Part shown: in pieces, positions 1-9,723 of the stretch
Layout: each line of letters opens with the position of its first letter
Numbering within the stretch: position 1 is the first letter of the stretch
NCBI GenBank assembly: GCA_964601155.1
Contig: CAZRMO010000002.1
Coordinates: 25,685 to 89,684, forward strand
Direction: 5' to 3'
DNA from: an uncultured Enterobacteriaceae bacterium
Lineage (GTDB): Bacteria > Pseudomonadota > Gammaproteobacteria > Burkholderiales > SG8-39
Length of the DNA: 64,000 nucleotides
Notes under the pieces: generated by a model
Databases searched by the model: none
Seen by the model: only the letters and a program-made list of their open reading frames with translations
What the model was told of the DNA's origin: nothing
Made by a program: the position numbers and the translations under genes

Positions 1-229
1 GATTATCGTAGTGCGTTAGAGACTGTTGAAATTCGCTTCCCGCACTGCAATCCGGTGTCGGGAACGCGGCAAGCCGTTCCGCGTGCACGCTGGCTCTTAC
101 CCCTCAATACGGTCAACCCAAGCTCCGAAAAGAACGACGCTGCGCGGAACGCGATCTCAAACCGCCGGTCGTACGCAGGTAGAAGTTGCTCAAATCGCTT
201 CGAACGCGTCGCTTAGCGCAATTTGCGAC

Positions 230-238
230 TGGTATAAT
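230..238 (+). promoter_or_regulatory. Candidate extended -10 promoter element upstream of the dac gene
   Basis: TGgTATAAT (tataat at 233-238) lies about 22 nt upstream of the ATG at 260. The -35 is weak. Sequence pattern only. Confidence 0.3.
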
Positions 239-259
239 TTATTCTTTGGTGCTGACCTC

Positions 260-1384
260 ATGACACTGATACGCTCCCTGGTCCTCCTGTTTCTGCTGCC
301 CGCACTCGCATTCGCGGACGTGCCTCCCCCGCCTGCCGTCGCTGCCAAGGCATGGTTGTTGTACGACTACACCAGCGCTCACATCATCGCCAGCGCAAAA
401 GAGCACGAACGGATCGCGCCGGCCTCGCTGACCAAACTGATGACCGCTTACCTCACATTTGCGGCGCTGAAGCAGAAGACGCTGACGCTGGACCAGGTGG
501 TGCCGGTATCGAAGCGCGCCTGGAAAACACCCGGCTCGCGCATGTTCATCGAGCCGGGAAAACCGGTGACGGTGGAGCAACTGTTGCACGGCATGATCAC
601 GCAGTCCGGAAATGACGCTGCCATGGCGCTCGCTGAAGCCGTCGCCGGATCCGAGGACGTATTTGTGCAGATGATGAACCGGGAAGCGCAGCGCCTGGGC
701 ATGAAGGACTCGCATTTCGCCGATCCGACCGGCCTTCCCGACCCCAAGCACTACTCGACTGCGTACGACCTCAACTTGCTCGCCGCGGCGCTGATCCGCG
801 ATTTCCCCGAATATTATCCGCTGTTCTCCGAACGCGAATTTCGCTACGACAACATCAGCCAGCCCAATCGCAACCGCCTGCTTTGGCTGGATCCGCACGT
901 CGACGGCATGAAGACCGGCCATACCGAAAGCGCTGGTTTTTGCCTGATCGCGTCGGCCAAACGCGGCGCGCAGCGTCTGATTTCTGTGGTACTGGGGACA
1001 GATTCCGACAGCGCCCGGGCGCAGGAGAGCCTGAAGCTGCTGAACTACGGCTTCCGCTTCTACGAGTCGGCAAAGCTGTACAGCAAGGGCCAGACGGTGA
1101 GCTCTCTGGAAGTGTGGAAGGGGGCCGAGAACCGGGTCAAGGCCGGGTTTTTGTCCGATTTATACGTCAGCGTCCCGCGCGGCCAAGACGATCAACTGAA
1201 AGCGGATATGGTGAGCACGCAGCCTCTGGTGGCGCCGATCAGCGCGGGACAGAAAGTGGGCATGGTCAAGGTAACCCTGCAGGGCAAGTTGCTGGGCGAG
1301 TATCCGGTGGTGGCGCTGGAAAACGTGCCGGTCGCCGGATTTTTCGGCCGCACCTGGGACAGCATGCGGCTTTGGTTCAAGTGA
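260..1384 (+). CDS. D-alanyl-D-alanine carboxypeptidase (PBP5/6-type serine peptidase)
   Basis: ORF 26..1384 trimmed to ATG 260, which gives the signal peptide MTLIRSLVLLFLLPALAFA. Serine-PBP motifs SLTK (SxxK), SGN and KTG are all present. Confidence 0.9.
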   Translation: MTLIRSLVLLFLLPALAFADVPPPPAVAAKAWLLYDYTSAHIIASAKEHERIAPASLTKLMTAYLTFAALKQKTLTLDQVVPVSKRAWKTPGSRMFIEPGKPVTVEQLLHGMITQSGNDAAMALAEAVAGSEDVFVQMMNREAQRLGMKDSHFADPTGLPDPKHYSTAYDLNLLAAALIRDFPEYYPLFSEREFRYDNISQPNRNRLLWLDPHVDGMKTGHTESAGFCLIASAKRGAQRLISVVLGTDSDSARAQESLKLLNYGFRFYESAKLYSKGQTVSSLEVWKGAENRVKAGFLSDLYVSVPRGQDDQLKADMVSTQPLVAPISAGQKVGMVKVTLQGKLLGEYPVVALENVPVAGFFGRTWDSMRLWFK

Positions 1385-1511
1385 CGGTCGCCAAGCGGCC
1401 GTCATCCCGAGGCGCGCCAGCGCCGAGGGATCTGCTTTTGAGAGCATAGGAACAGCAGATTCCCCGGGCGCCGCCCTCGGAATAACAGAGTTGCTTATCG
1501 GGAGAACCGGA

Positions 1512-2387
1512 ATGATCTATCTGAACGGCGAATGGAAGCCTATCGAGCAGGCCACGGTTCCCGTGCTCGACCGCGGTTTCGTCTTCGGGGACGGCGTCTA
1601 TGAAGTGATCCCCTGCTATTCCGGGCACCCATTCCGCCTGCGCGAGCACCTGCGGCGCCTGCAATCGAGCCTCGACGGCGTGCGCATCGAAAATCCATGC
1701 AGCACCGAGCGCTGGGAAGAGCTGATACGCGAGGTCGTCAAGAGAAATCCGTTCGAGGACCAGTACGTATACCTGCAGGTTACGCGCGGGGTGGCGCCGC
1801 GAGACCATGCCTTTCCCAAGGGTGTGGAACCGACCGTGTTCATGATGTCCAACCCACTCACCGTACCGCCGCCGGACCAGCGCGAGCGCGGGGTGGCCGC
1901 GGTCACCGTGGCCGACAACCGCTGGCTGCGCTGCGACATCAAGTCGGTGTCGCTGCTCGCGAACTGCCTGCTGCGCCAATCCGCCGTGGACGCGGGCGCA
2001 GCCGAATCGGTGCTGCTGCGCGACGGGTTCCTCACCGAAGGTTCGGCGAGCAATATTTTCGTGATCAGGAGCGGCGTCATCATTACCCCGCCCAAGAGCA
2101 ATTTCATTCTGCCCGGCATCACCTACGACGTGGTGATCGAACTGGCGCGCGCCAATCGGCTGCCGCTGGAAATCCGCCCGGTAAGCGAAGCCGAAGTGCG
2201 CGACGCGGACGAGCTCTGGCTCACCTCTTCGACCAAGGAAGTGCTGCCGATTTCCACGCTGGACGGCAAACCGGTCGGCCATGGAACAAGCGCGGGTAAG
2301 CCGGGACCGATGGCCGCGCGCATGTATCAGCTCTATCAGGACTACAAACGCACGGTCATGCGTGCGCCAGCCGATGCCCAAGCTTGA
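1512..2387 (+). CDS. dat: D-amino-acid (class IV) aminotransferase
   Basis: MIYLNGEW...LDRGFVFGDGVYEV is a typical class IV aminotransferase N-terminus. It sits in the conserved dac-dat-ybeD-lipB-lipA block. The ORF opens at 1491; ATG 1512 was chosen. Confidence 0.85.
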   Translation: MIYLNGEWKPIEQATVPVLDRGFVFGDGVYEVIPCYSGHPFRLREHLRRLQSSLDGVRIENPCSTERWEELIREVVKRNPFEDQYVYLQVTRGVAPRDHAFPKGVEPTVFMMSNPLTVPPPDQRERGVAAVTVADNRWLRCDIKSVSLLANCLLRQSAVDAGAAESVLLRDGFLTEGSASNIFVIRSGVIITPPKSNFILPGITYDVVIELARANRLPLEIRPVSEAEVRDADELWLTSSTKEVLPISTLDGKPVGHGTSAGKPGPMAARMYQLYQDYKRTVMRAPADAQA

Positions 2388-2649
2388 TGAACCCGAGTCG
2401 CTGCTCGCCTTTCCCTGCGACTTCCCGATCAAGGTGATGGGCGAGACCCAGCCCGGCTTCGCCCAGGCGGTGATGGAGGTGGTTCTGCGCCATGCCCCGG
2501 ATTTCGATGCGTCGGCGATGGAGATGCGCAAAAGCCGTTTGGGCAAGTACCTGTCGCTGACGGTCACCGTACGCGCGACTTCGCGCTTACAGCTCGATGG
2601 GCTGTATCGCGAGCTGTGCGATCACCCTATGGTCAAGATGGTGCTGTAG
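2374..2649 (+). CDS. ybeD: YbeD/DUF493 family protein
   Basis: The in-frame tail of ORF 2281..2649 starts at MPKLDEPESLLAFPCDFPIKVMG, the YbeD signature. It lies directly upstream of lipB, as in many proteobacteria. Confidence 0.85.
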   Translation: MPKLDEPESLLAFPCDFPIKVMGETQPGFAQAVMEVVLRHAPDFDASAMEMRKSRLGKYLSLTVTVRATSRLQLDGLYRELCDHPMVKMVL

Positions 2650-2651
2650 CC

Positions 2652-3359
2652 ATGCAAAGCGAAAGCAGCCAGCAGCCGGCCGAAGCCGCGCGGACAATGG
2701 CGACCGCGGCCGGCGCCGCGGGGCGCGCCCCGCTTGCGGCGCCGCGCATCAGGCGGCTCGGCCTCGCAGAATATCAACCGACCTATGCGGCGATGCGCGA
2801 ATTCACCAGCTTGCGCCTGCGGGACACGCCGGACGAACTCTGGCTGCTGCAGCATCCCCCCGTATACACCGCCGGACTCGCCTGCCGCGCCGAACACCTG
2901 CCGCGCCGCTCCGACATTGCGCTCGAGCGCATCGATCGCGGCGGCCAGATCACTTACCATGGCCCGGGCCAAGTGGTGATGTATACGCTGCTCGATCTGG
3001 CGCGGCGCAATCTGAAAATCCGCGCATTCGTCGGTTTGCTCGAGCAGGCGGTGATCGACACGCTGGCGCAGTATCGGGTTTCGGCGCAGCGTAAAGACGG
3101 CGCACCGGGCATCTATGTGAACGGGGCAAAAATCGCGGCGTTGGGCTTGCGCGTGCGCAGCACAGGCTGCTACCACGGCGTCGCCCTCAACGTGGACATG
3201 GACCTCACCCCTTTCCTCGCGATCGACCCCTGCGGCTACCCGGGTCTGGCGGTGACGCAGACGCGCGACCTGGGCATCGGCGCCCCGGCCGGCGAGCTGG
3301 GTACGCTGCTCGCCGCCCAGATGACGCGACTCCTGGCGCAGCATGAGCGCGGGCGCTGA
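2652..3359 (+). CDS. lipB: Octanoyltransferase (lipoyl(octanoyl) transferase)
   Basis: [25 protein letters not shown] and KIAALG motifs. ATG 2652 follows the ybeD stop by 2 nt. Confidence 0.92.
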   Translation: MQSESSQQPAEAARTMATAAGAAGRAPLAAPRIRRLGLAEYQPTYAAMREFTSLRLRDTPDELWLLQHPPVYTAGLACRAEHLPRRSDIALERIDRGGQITYHGPGQVVMYTLLDLARRNLKIRAFVGLLEQAVIDTLAQYRVSAQRKDGAPGIYVNGAKIAALGLRVRSTGCYHGVALNVDMDLTPFLAIDPCGYPGLAVTQTRDLGIGAPAGELGTLLAAQMTRLLAQHERGR

Positions 3360-4275
3360 AAAAGGCCGCGCCAAGACGGCGCGCATCCCCGTCAAAATCC
3401 TGCCGCAGGAGCGGCTGCGAAAACCGGAGTGGATTCGGGTCAAGGCCGGTTCCGGCAACTCGCGCTTCGACGAAATCAAGCGGCGCCTGCGCGAGAACAA
3501 GCTGCATACGGTATGCGAAGAGGCCTCCTGCCCCAATATCGGCGAGTGCTTCGGCAAGGGCACCGCGACGTTCATGATCCTGGGCGATTTGTGCACGCGG
3601 CGTTGCCCCTTCTGCGACGTGGCACACGGGCGGCCGGCGGTGCCGGACGCAGGCGAGCCGGAAAATCTGGCGCAAACCATCGCCGCGCTGGCGCTTGACT
3701 ACGTGGTCATCACCAGCGTCGACCGCGACGATCTGCGCGACGGCGGCGCGCAGCATTTCGCCGACTGCATACGCGCGGTGCGCACGCTTTCCCCACGCAC
3801 GCGCATCGAAGTGCTGGTGCCGGATTTCCGCGGGCGGCTGGACGTCGCGCTTGAAATACTTGCGGCCGAGCCGCCCGATGTAATGAATCACAACCTGGAG
3901 ACCGTGCCGCGGTTGTACCGCCAGGCCCGCCCCGGGGCCGACTATCTGCATTCGCTCGAACTGCTGCGAGAATACAAAAGGCGCCGGCCCGGCGTCCCGA
4001 CAAAATCCGGTCTGATGCTGGGCCTGGGTGAGACCGACGCGGAGATCCTCGAGGTCATGCGCGAACTGCGCGCGCACGGCGTGGACATGCTCACCATAGG
4101 CCAGTACCTGCAGCCGACTGCGCACCACCTGCCGGTGCTGCGCTACGTCCACCCCGACGGCTTCGCCGTGTTCGAGCAGGCGGCGCGGGAGATGGGATTT
4201 CTGCATGCGGCGATCGGGCCCATGGTGCGCTCGAGCTATCACGCCGACCGGCAGGCGCACGCGGCAGGGGTATAG
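3343..4275 (+). CDS. lipA: Lipoyl synthase (radical SAM)
   Basis: CPNIGEC and CTRRCPFC cysteine clusters. Overlaps lipB by 17 nt. Confidence 0.95.
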   Translation: MSAGAEKGRAKTARIPVKILPQERLRKPEWIRVKAGSGNSRFDEIKRRLRENKLHTVCEEASCPNIGECFGKGTATFMILGDLCTRRCPFCDVAHGRPAVPDAGEPENLAQTIAALALDYVVITSVDRDDLRDGGAQHFADCIRAVRTLSPRTRIEVLVPDFRGRLDVALEILAAEPPDVMNHNLETVPRLYRQARPGADYLHSLELLREYKRRRPGVPTKSGLMLGLGETDAEILEVMRELRAHGVDMLTIGQYLQPTAHHLPVLRYVHPDGFAVFEQAAREMGFLHAAIGPMVRSSYHADRQAHAAGV

Positions 4276-4366
4276 TCGAAGGCCGGGATCGCCGCTGCCG
4301 GAGAACGACCGGGGCGTGGAACGGCTTGGCGCAGATCTGACGTATACCTGGATCCAAGGAGATGCA

Positions 4367-5062
4367 ATGAAGTCCTTACCCGGATTTTGCGCTGCGGCCG
4401 TCCTTACATTCCTGCTCGGCGCACAGGCGCACGCCGCCGGGCTGGCGGACCTTTCCAACAGGGATGCGACGAGCGGCCTGAAACAGGCGCTGAGCAAAGG
4501 CGCAGCGTTCGCGGTGGCGTCGCTGGGCAAACGGGACGGATTTCTGGGTAATCCGCAAGTGCGCATCCCGCTGCCGGAGAACCTGCAGCGAGTCGAAGGT
4601 GTGATGCGCGGCTTGGGGATGGGAAAATACGCCGACGAGCTGGTCACCACCATGAACCGCGCCGCCGAGGCCGCTGTGGTCGCGGCAAAGCCCCTGCTGG
4701 TGAATGCAGTGAAGCGCATGAGCGTGCGGGATGCAAAAGGTATTCTCACCGGCGGCGAGGACGCCGCCACGCAGTATTTCAGGCGCACCACTTCCGCTGC
4801 GCTCACCCAAAAGTTCCTGCCGGTTGTGGCCAAGGCGACGCGGAAAGTCAAGCTCGCCGACAAGTACAACGAATTCGCCGGCATGGGGGCCAGATTCGGT
4901 CTCGTCGACAAAAGGGACGCGGATCTCAACAGCTATGTTACGCGCAAGGCGCTGGACGGCTTGTTCCTGATGATCGCCGAGCAAGAAAAGAAAATCCGCC
5001 AGGATCCCGCAGCTGCGGCGAGCGGCATCATCAGCAAAGTGTTTGGCGCGATAGGAAGGTGA
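4367..5062 (+). CDS. DUF4197-like secreted protein
   Basis: ATG 4367 is preceded by AAGGAG. Signal peptide MKSLPGFCAAAVLTFLLGAQAHA. The body resembles DUF4197 proteins, a call made from memory. Confidence 0.7.
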   Translation: MKSLPGFCAAAVLTFLLGAQAHAAGLADLSNRDATSGLKQALSKGAAFAVASLGKRDGFLGNPQVRIPLPENLQRVEGVMRGLGMGKYADELVTTMNRAAEAAVVAAKPLLVNAVKRMSVRDAKGILTGGEDAATQYFRRTTSAALTQKFLPVVAKATRKVKLADKYNEFAGMGARFGLVDKRDADLNSYVTRKALDGLFLMIAEQEKKIRQDPAAAASGIISKVFGAIGR

Positions 5063-5105
5063 GCGTGCGCATGCCTCACGGCCCGCGCCGCAAAGCGCAG
5101 GGGCG

Positions 5106-5789
5106 CTAGAAAAACACCTCGCTGCGGCGCGCCCCTGCGTCCAACTCGAACATGGCGAAGCGGATGACATTGGCCGCCTTGCGCAGGCCGCTCCGGGACA
5201 ATTGCGTCGGCTTGTCGTAATCGCCCGGTTCATTGCAGATGAGGCGCAGATCCACGAGGGATGTCCGCGCCTCGGCGGCGCGCTTGGTCACGCGGTCGTT
5301 GAATACCGCCAGCGCGGCGCTGGCGGTGCGCTGGCGCACCGGATCCTTGTAGTTGGGCACAAACATGGTGCACACGAGGATTACCAAACGCGCCGCCTGT
5401 GCCACATGAATCAGCCGCTCGAGCGTGCGCTCGAATTCGTCGGCGGCGAGCGTGAGCTGTTCCAGGGTCTGTCCGTAGGCATCCGGCCGGCTGTCGAGCA
5501 GCCCGCTGCGCTCGATCGCGTGATTGCCCTCGATGAATATTACGGCGTGGGTGGCGTCCCTGGGCAACACCATTGATGCACCGGCGCGCTCGACCTCGGC
5601 GACTGAGACAACGCTGATCTTCCATTGGTCGCGTGATCCGGGAAGCAGGTCATCCTCGAATTTTCCCGGCGTCTTGTCGATGCTGCCGTAGGCGTCGAGC
5701 AGCGCGTCCCCGAGCAGCACGACATGCTGCGGCGATCCGCGCCGGCGGCCGGACGCGGCAGAGGGCTTGTGCTTGGAAGGCTCGCTCAT
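5106..5789 (-). CDS. Hypothetical protein, SGNH/GDSL-hydrolase-like (tentative)
   Basis: ORF 5106..6125 trimmed to MSEPSK (ATG 5789), because upstream it would overlap polA. Block-like motifs VVLLGDALLD, IFIEGNHAI and DKPTQLSRSGLRKAA resemble SGNH blocks I, III and V, but lack the Ser and His. Confidence 0.55.
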   Translation of the reverse strand: MSEPSKHKPSAASGRRRGSPQHVVLLGDALLDAYGSIDKTPGKFEDDLLPGSRDQWKISVVSVAEVERAGASMVLPRDATHAVIFIEGNHAIERSGLLDSRPDAYGQTLEQLTLAADEFERTLERLIHVAQAARLVILVCTMFVPNYKDPVRQRTASAALAVFNDRVTKRAAEARTSLVDLRLICNEPGDYDKPTQLSRSGLRKAANVIRFAMFELDAGARRSEVFF

Positions 5790-5806
5790 CTTGCCCGTAG
5801 ATACAG

Positions 5807-8518
5807 TTAGTGTGCCTGTTCCCAGTTTGCGCCCGCACCCACGTCCACGACAAGGGGCACCGCGAGCTCGGCCACGCCGGTCATCAGCCCCGGCAACTCC
5901 GCGCGTACCCGCGTAAGTTCCGCCTGCGGCACTTCCAACACCAGCTCGTCGTGCACTTGCATCACCAGTTTCGCCGAAAGTTGCTCCCGGTCGAGCCAGT
6001 CCTGCACCGCGATCATCGAGAGCTTGATCAGATCGGCCGCGGTTCCCTGCATCGGCGCGTTGATCGCAGCACGCTCGGCGCCCTGGCGCCGGCCGCTGTT
6101 GGCGGCGCGGATCTCGGCCAGCCACAGGCGGCGGCCGAACACGGTTTCGACATAGCCGCGCTCCCGCGCCTGCTCGCGCGTCTGCTGCATGTAGTGCGCC
6201 ACGCCGGGATAGCGCGTGAAATAACTGTCGATATAGGCCTGGGCGGTGGCGCGCTCCAAGCCCAAGGCCTGCGCGACGCCGAACGCCGACATGCCGTAGA
6301 TCAGGCCGAAGTTGATCACCTTGGCGTAACGGCGCTCTTCCGGCGTCACTTCGTGCAGCTCGCGGTTGAAAATCTCCGCGGCGGTGTGGCGGTGCACGTC
6401 CTCGCCGGCGGCGAAAGCGCGCAGCAGGTTCTCGTCGCGCGAGATGTGCGCCATGATGCGCAGCTCGATCTGCGAGTAGTCGGCCGAGACGATGACCGAA
6501 CCCGGCGGCGCGATGAAGGCCTCGCGGATGCGCCGCCCTTCCGGCGTGCGCACCGGAATGTTCTGCAGATTGGGATCGGTGCTCGCGAGGCGCCCGGTTA
6601 CCGCCGTCGCCTGGGCATAGTTGGTGTGCACGCGCCCGGTGGCGGGATTGACCATGCGCGGCAATTTGTCCGTGTAGGTGGATTTCAGCTTGGTCAGCGC
6701 GCGGTATTCGAGCAGCGTTTTGGGCAGGGGATAGTCCGCGGCCAGGCGCTCGAGCACCTCTTCGTCTGTGGAAGGCGCGCCCCCGGGCGTCTTCTTCAGC
6801 ACCGGCAACTTCAGACGCTCGAAAAAAATCTCGCCGATCTGCTTGGGCGAATTCAGGTTGAACGGCTGGCCGGCTTCCTTGTAGGCCTTGTTTTCGAGTT
6901 CCATCATTTTCTGTCCCAGTTCGCGGCTTTGCACCTCGAGCAGGGCGACGTCAATGAGCACGCCGTTGCGCTCCATCCGAAATAGCACTTCGCGCGCAGG
7001 CAGCTCTATATGCCGGTACACGTATTCGAGCCCGGCCTCAGCCTGCACCTGCGGATACAGGCACTGGTGCACGCGCAGGGTCACGTCGGCGTCCTCGGCC
7101 GAGTACTCGGTGGCGCGCTCGATGCTCACCTGCTCGAAGCCGATGCGCTGCGCGCCCTTGCCGGTGACGTCGTCGTAGCTGATGGTGGGTAGATGCAAAT
7201 GGCGCTCGGCGAGCGTACCCAGGTCGTGGCGCAAATGCGATTCGAGCACGTAGGATTCGAGTAGTGTGTCGTGCGCCACGCCGCGCAGCGCGACGCCGTG
7301 GTTGGCGAGCACGTGCTGGTCGTACTTAAGGTTCTGCCCGAGCTTCGCCCGGTCCGCGTTCTCCAGCCACGGCCGCAGCAGTTCCAGCGCGCGCGTCACG
7401 CCCAACTGTTGCGGCGCGCCGGCGTAGTCGTGCGCCAGCGGCAGATAGGCCGCGCGCCCGGGCTCGGCGCAAAAGGACATGCCCACCAGTTGCGCCGTCA
7501 TCGGATCCAGGCCGGTGGTTTCGGTATCGAAAGCAACCAGCGCGGCGCGATCGAGCACCCGCAGCCATTCGGCCATTTTTTGTTCGTCGAGAATGGCGTC
7601 GTAGTGGCGCGCCACCGGCTCGGGCGTGCTTTGCAGCGGCGGCGCAGCCGCTGCGGGCGACGCCTCGGTGCCGGTCGGCGCCGCTTCCTTGAGCCAGCTC
7701 TTGAAGCCGAAGCGCTGGAACAGGTCGGTCAGCTCGGCCTCGCCCTGCGGCTGCGCAACCAGTTCTTCCGGCTTCACCGGCAAGGGCACCTCGCAATACA
7801 CGGTAAGCAGCTTCTTCGCCTGCGGCAGCCAGGGCAGCGCGCGGCGCAGGTTCTCCCCCACCACGCCGCCGATTTCCTGCGCATGGGCGATCACCTCATC
7901 GAGCGAGCCGTACTTGGACAACCACTTGATCGCGGTCTTGGGGCCGACTTTTTCCACGCCCGGAACGTTGTCAGCGCTGTCACCGACGAGGGTGAGGTAG
8001 TCGAGCATCAGCCGCGGCGGCACGCCGAACTTGGCCTCGACGCCGGCTTCGTCCAGGCGCTCGTTGCTCATGGTGTTGATCAGCGTGACCTGCGGATTCA
8101 CGAGCTGCGTCAGGTCCTTGTCCCCGGTGGAGACGACGCAGCGCATGCCCGCCGCGCTCGCCTGCCGCGCGAGCGTGCCGATGACATCGTCGGCTTCCAC
8201 GCCGTCTATCATCAACAGCGGCCAGCCCAGCGCGGCGACGGCCTGGTGCAGCGGCTCGATCTGGCGCACGAGGTCCTCGGGCATGGGCGGGCGCTGCGCC
8301 TTGTACTCGGCATACCAGTCGTCGCGAAACGTCCTGCCTTTGGCGTCGAACACGCAGGCGAGATAGTCCGGCTTGTAGTCGGCGGCGAGGCGTCGTAGCA
8401 TGTTGAGCACGCCGTAGATCGCACCCGTGGGCTCGCCGCGCGCGTTGCGCAGATCCGGCAGCGCGTGGAATGCGCGGTACAGGTAAGACGATCCATCCAC
8501 CAACAGCAGGGTTTTCAT
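5807..8518 (-). CDS. polA: DNA polymerase I
   Basis: 903 aa. 5'-nuclease N-terminus MKTLLLVDGSSYLYRAFHA; family A polymerase motifs DYSQIELR and QVHDELV. Confidence 0.97.
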   Translation of the reverse strand: MKTLLLVDGSSYLYRAFHALPDLRNARGEPTGAIYGVLNMLRRLAADYKPDYLACVFDAKGRTFRDDWYAEYKAQRPPMPEDLVRQIEPLHQAVAALGWPLLMIDGVEADDVIGTLARQASAAGMRCVVSTGDKDLTQLVNPQVTLINTMSNERLDEAGVEAKFGVPPRLMLDYLTLVGDSADNVPGVEKVGPKTAIKWLSKYGSLDEVIAHAQEIGGVVGENLRRALPWLPQAKKLLTVYCEVPLPVKPEELVAQPQGEAELTDLFQRFGFKSWLKEAAPTGTEASPAAAAPPLQSTPEPVARHYDAILDEQKMAEWLRVLDRAALVAFDTETTGLDPMTAQLVGMSFCAEPGRAAYLPLAHDYAGAPQQLGVTRALELLRPWLENADRAKLGQNLKYDQHVLANHGVALRGVAHDTLLESYVLESHLRHDLGTLAERHLHLPTISYDDVTGKGAQRIGFEQVSIERATEYSAEDADVTLRVHQCLYPQVQAEAGLEYVYRHIELPAREVLFRMERNGVLIDVALLEVQSRELGQKMMELENKAYKEAGQPFNLNSPKQIGEIFFERLKLPVLKKTPGGAPSTDEEVLERLAADYPLPKTLLEYRALTKLKSTYTDKLPRMVNPATGRVHTNYAQATAVTGRLASTDPNLQNIPVRTPEGRRIREAFIAPPGSVIVSADYSQIELRIMAHISRDENLLRAFAAGEDVHRHTAAEIFNRELHEVTPEERRYAKVINFGLIYGMSAFGVAQALGLERATAQAYIDSYFTRYPGVAHYMQQTREQARERGYVETVFGRRLWLAEIRAANSGRRQGAERAAINAPMQGTAADLIKLSMIAVQDWLDREQLSAKLVMQVHDELVLEVPQAELTRVRAELPGLMTGVAELAVPLVVDVGAGANWEQAH

Positions 8519-8530
8519 AGAGGGTCAGGT

Positions 8531-9253
8531 ATGAACGGAAAGCTTCCGCGGCCGGCCGACGCCGGTGCAGCAGACATGGCCCACAACGCGCGCGAGTCCT
8601 GGCGGATATTCGGGATTATGTCAGAATTCGTCGAAGCCACCGAGCGCCTGTCGCAAATCCGCCCGGCGGTGAGCATATTCGGCAGCGCGCGCGCCCCGGC
8701 CGACTCGCCCTACTACCTGCTGGCGGAGAAAATTGCGCGGCTGCTCTCCGACGCCGGCTTCTCGGTCGTCTCGGGGGGCGGCCCGGGCATCATGGAAGCA
8801 GCCAACAAGGGCGCCTACTTCGGCAAATCGCCGTCGGTCGGCCTCAATATCCTGCTTCCGAACGAGCAGCTCAGCAATCGCTACCAGGACATCAGTCTTA
8901 CCTTTCACCACTTTTTCGCACGCAAGGTGGGCTTCGTCAAGTTCGCCACCGCCTATGTGGTGTTGCCGGGCGGCTTCGGCACGCTGGACGAGCTGTCCGA
9001 GGCGCTGACGCTGGTGCAGACGGGCAAGACCCGCAAAATGCCCATCATCCTGGTGCACTCGCCTTTCTGGCAGGGACTGCTGGACTGGTTTCATGAGCGC
9101 CTGCGCACAGAACATATGATCGACGCGGCGGACCTGGATCTGGTGCAGACCATCGACGATCCGGCGGCGATCGTGGAAGCGATATTCAAGTATTACGAAA
9201 AGCGCGGATTCGCCCCACTGCCGGCAGAACGCGAAAATCAGCTCAACCTCTGA
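8531..9253 (+). CDS. LOG/TIGR00730 family protein (lysine-decarboxylase-like nucleotide hydrolase fold)
   Basis: GGGPGIMEA and PGGFGTLDE motifs. ATG 8531 chosen within ORF 8465..9253. Confidence 0.85.
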   Translation: MNGKLPRPADAGAADMAHNARESWRIFGIMSEFVEATERLSQIRPAVSIFGSARAPADSPYYLLAEKIARLLSDAGFSVVSGGGPGIMEAANKGAYFGKSPSVGLNILLPNEQLSNRYQDISLTFHHFFARKVGFVKFATAYVVLPGGFGTLDELSEALTLVQTGKTRKMPIILVHSPFWQGLLDWFHERLRTEHMIDAADLDLVQTIDDPAAIVEAIFKYYEKRGFAPLPAERENQLNL

Positions 9254-9307
9254 GGCAGCGCCTGAATCTGCTAAACTTGAGATGTGACCATAGCTGACAG
9301 GAAGCCC

Positions 9308-9643
9308 ATGATGCGCCGCTTGCTAGGTACAGCACTGCTGCTGGTTGCGCTTCCGCTGGCGGCGCAACAACCGCCCAAGCTCGAGCCTTTGCCCGCGCCT
9401 CCGCCGCCACCGCCAGGGCTCGCGCCAAATCCCGCGCTGGAGCCGCAGGTGACGATCACCCACCGCGGCAAAAACAAAGTCGAGGAGTACCGCATCAACG
9501 GCAAACTCTATGCGATGAAGGTCATACCACCCCACGGCGCGCCGTACTACCTGATCGACAAGACCGGTTCCGGCGTCATGAGCCGGGTGGATTCGCTGGA
9601 CTCCGGCCTACGCGTACCACAGTGGGTGATCCGTACATTTTGA
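9308..9643 (+). CDS. DUF2782-like secreted protein
   Basis: AGGAAG lies 4 nt before ATG 9308. Signal peptide MMRRLLGTALLLVALPLAA, a Pro-rich linker, and EEYRINGKLYAMKV...YYLID. Family recalled from memory. Confidence 0.7.
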   Translation: MMRRLLGTALLLVALPLAAQQPPKLEPLPAPPPPPPGLAPNPALEPQVTITHRGKNKVEEYRINGKLYAMKVIPPHGAPYYLIDKTGSGVMSRVDSLDSGLRVPQWVIRTF

Positions 9644-9723
9644 AACAGGTGGCGAGCCAAGGTAACGGGTGAGGGGTAACCCGCGCGCATCCCGCCACGC
9701 CTGGCTCATCGCCCATTGTCCGC

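Noticed and set aside
26-259. N-terminal extensions of track ORFs: 26..259 for dac, 10445..10693, 11400..11516, 26999..27193, 28649..28774, 36247..36510, 4205..4366, 24910..24978 and 5790..6125.
   Set aside because: The extensions overlap the preceding gene or consist of Arg-rich read-through. Internal starts restore typical N-termini (signal peptides, MRLIFAGTP of Fmt and similar), several with a Shine-Dalgarno sequence.
1427-1464. A hairpin after the dac gene (gggatctgct ... agcagattccc, with a 17-nt loop), nested in ccgaggg/ccctcgg.
   Set aside because: No U-tract, no second copy in the window, and a modest stem. Insufficient to call a terminator or repeat.
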